From the human T2T-CHM13v2.0 reference genome, Homo sapiens: a stretch of DNA of 64,000 nucleotides. Shown here in pieces: positions 63,907 through 64,000 of the stretch. Both the position numbers and the translations under genes were made by a program. Where the stretch lies: NCBI RefSeq assembly GCF_009914755.1, contig NC_060925.1, one strand, 5' to 3'. The first letter of the stretch is position 1. Each line of letters starts with the position of its first letter. The notes under the pieces were generated by a model that saw only the letters and a program-made list of their open reading frames with translations, was not told the origin of the DNA and made no database searches.

Positions 63907-64000
63907 TGATGAATTTGTTCCATAGATTAAAATCTTGTGCCCCATCGCGTGTGGGGCTCCATCGCATGTGGGGCACAGGGTTCCTGAGTGTTTGTGGCTG

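Overview
Human (primate) genomic DNA, recognisable as the 3' part of the EDARADD locus on chr1q42-43. It is very Alu-dense (about 70 Alu copies or fragments by eye), with several solo LTRs, L1/MIR/DNA-transposon relics and simple repeats. Two coding exons of EDARADD lie on the + strand: a 46-nt internal exon (20001-20046) and the terminal death-domain exon (CDS 34035-34417). A full-length processed copy of alpha-enolase (ENO1P1) sits in sense orientation 422 nt after the EDARADD stop codon. It is bounded by 12-bp target-site duplications, has no frameshifts, keeps a 388-codon ORF, carries a nested 5'-truncated Alu and supplies an AATAAA next to a genomic GU/U-rich element. The most interesting structure is this composite terminal exon. 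The host mRNA appears to carry an enolase-derived downstream ORF, three miR-22-3p seed sites and its poly(A) signal, all imported by the retrocopy. A solo HERV-K(HML-2) LTR5-type element with a perfect 6-bp TSD lies at 57382-58410. Nearly all other ORFs in the track are Alu or simple-repeat artefacts. Gene identities and ENO1 comparisons come from recalled sequences, not a search; repeat boundaries were read by eye and are approximate.
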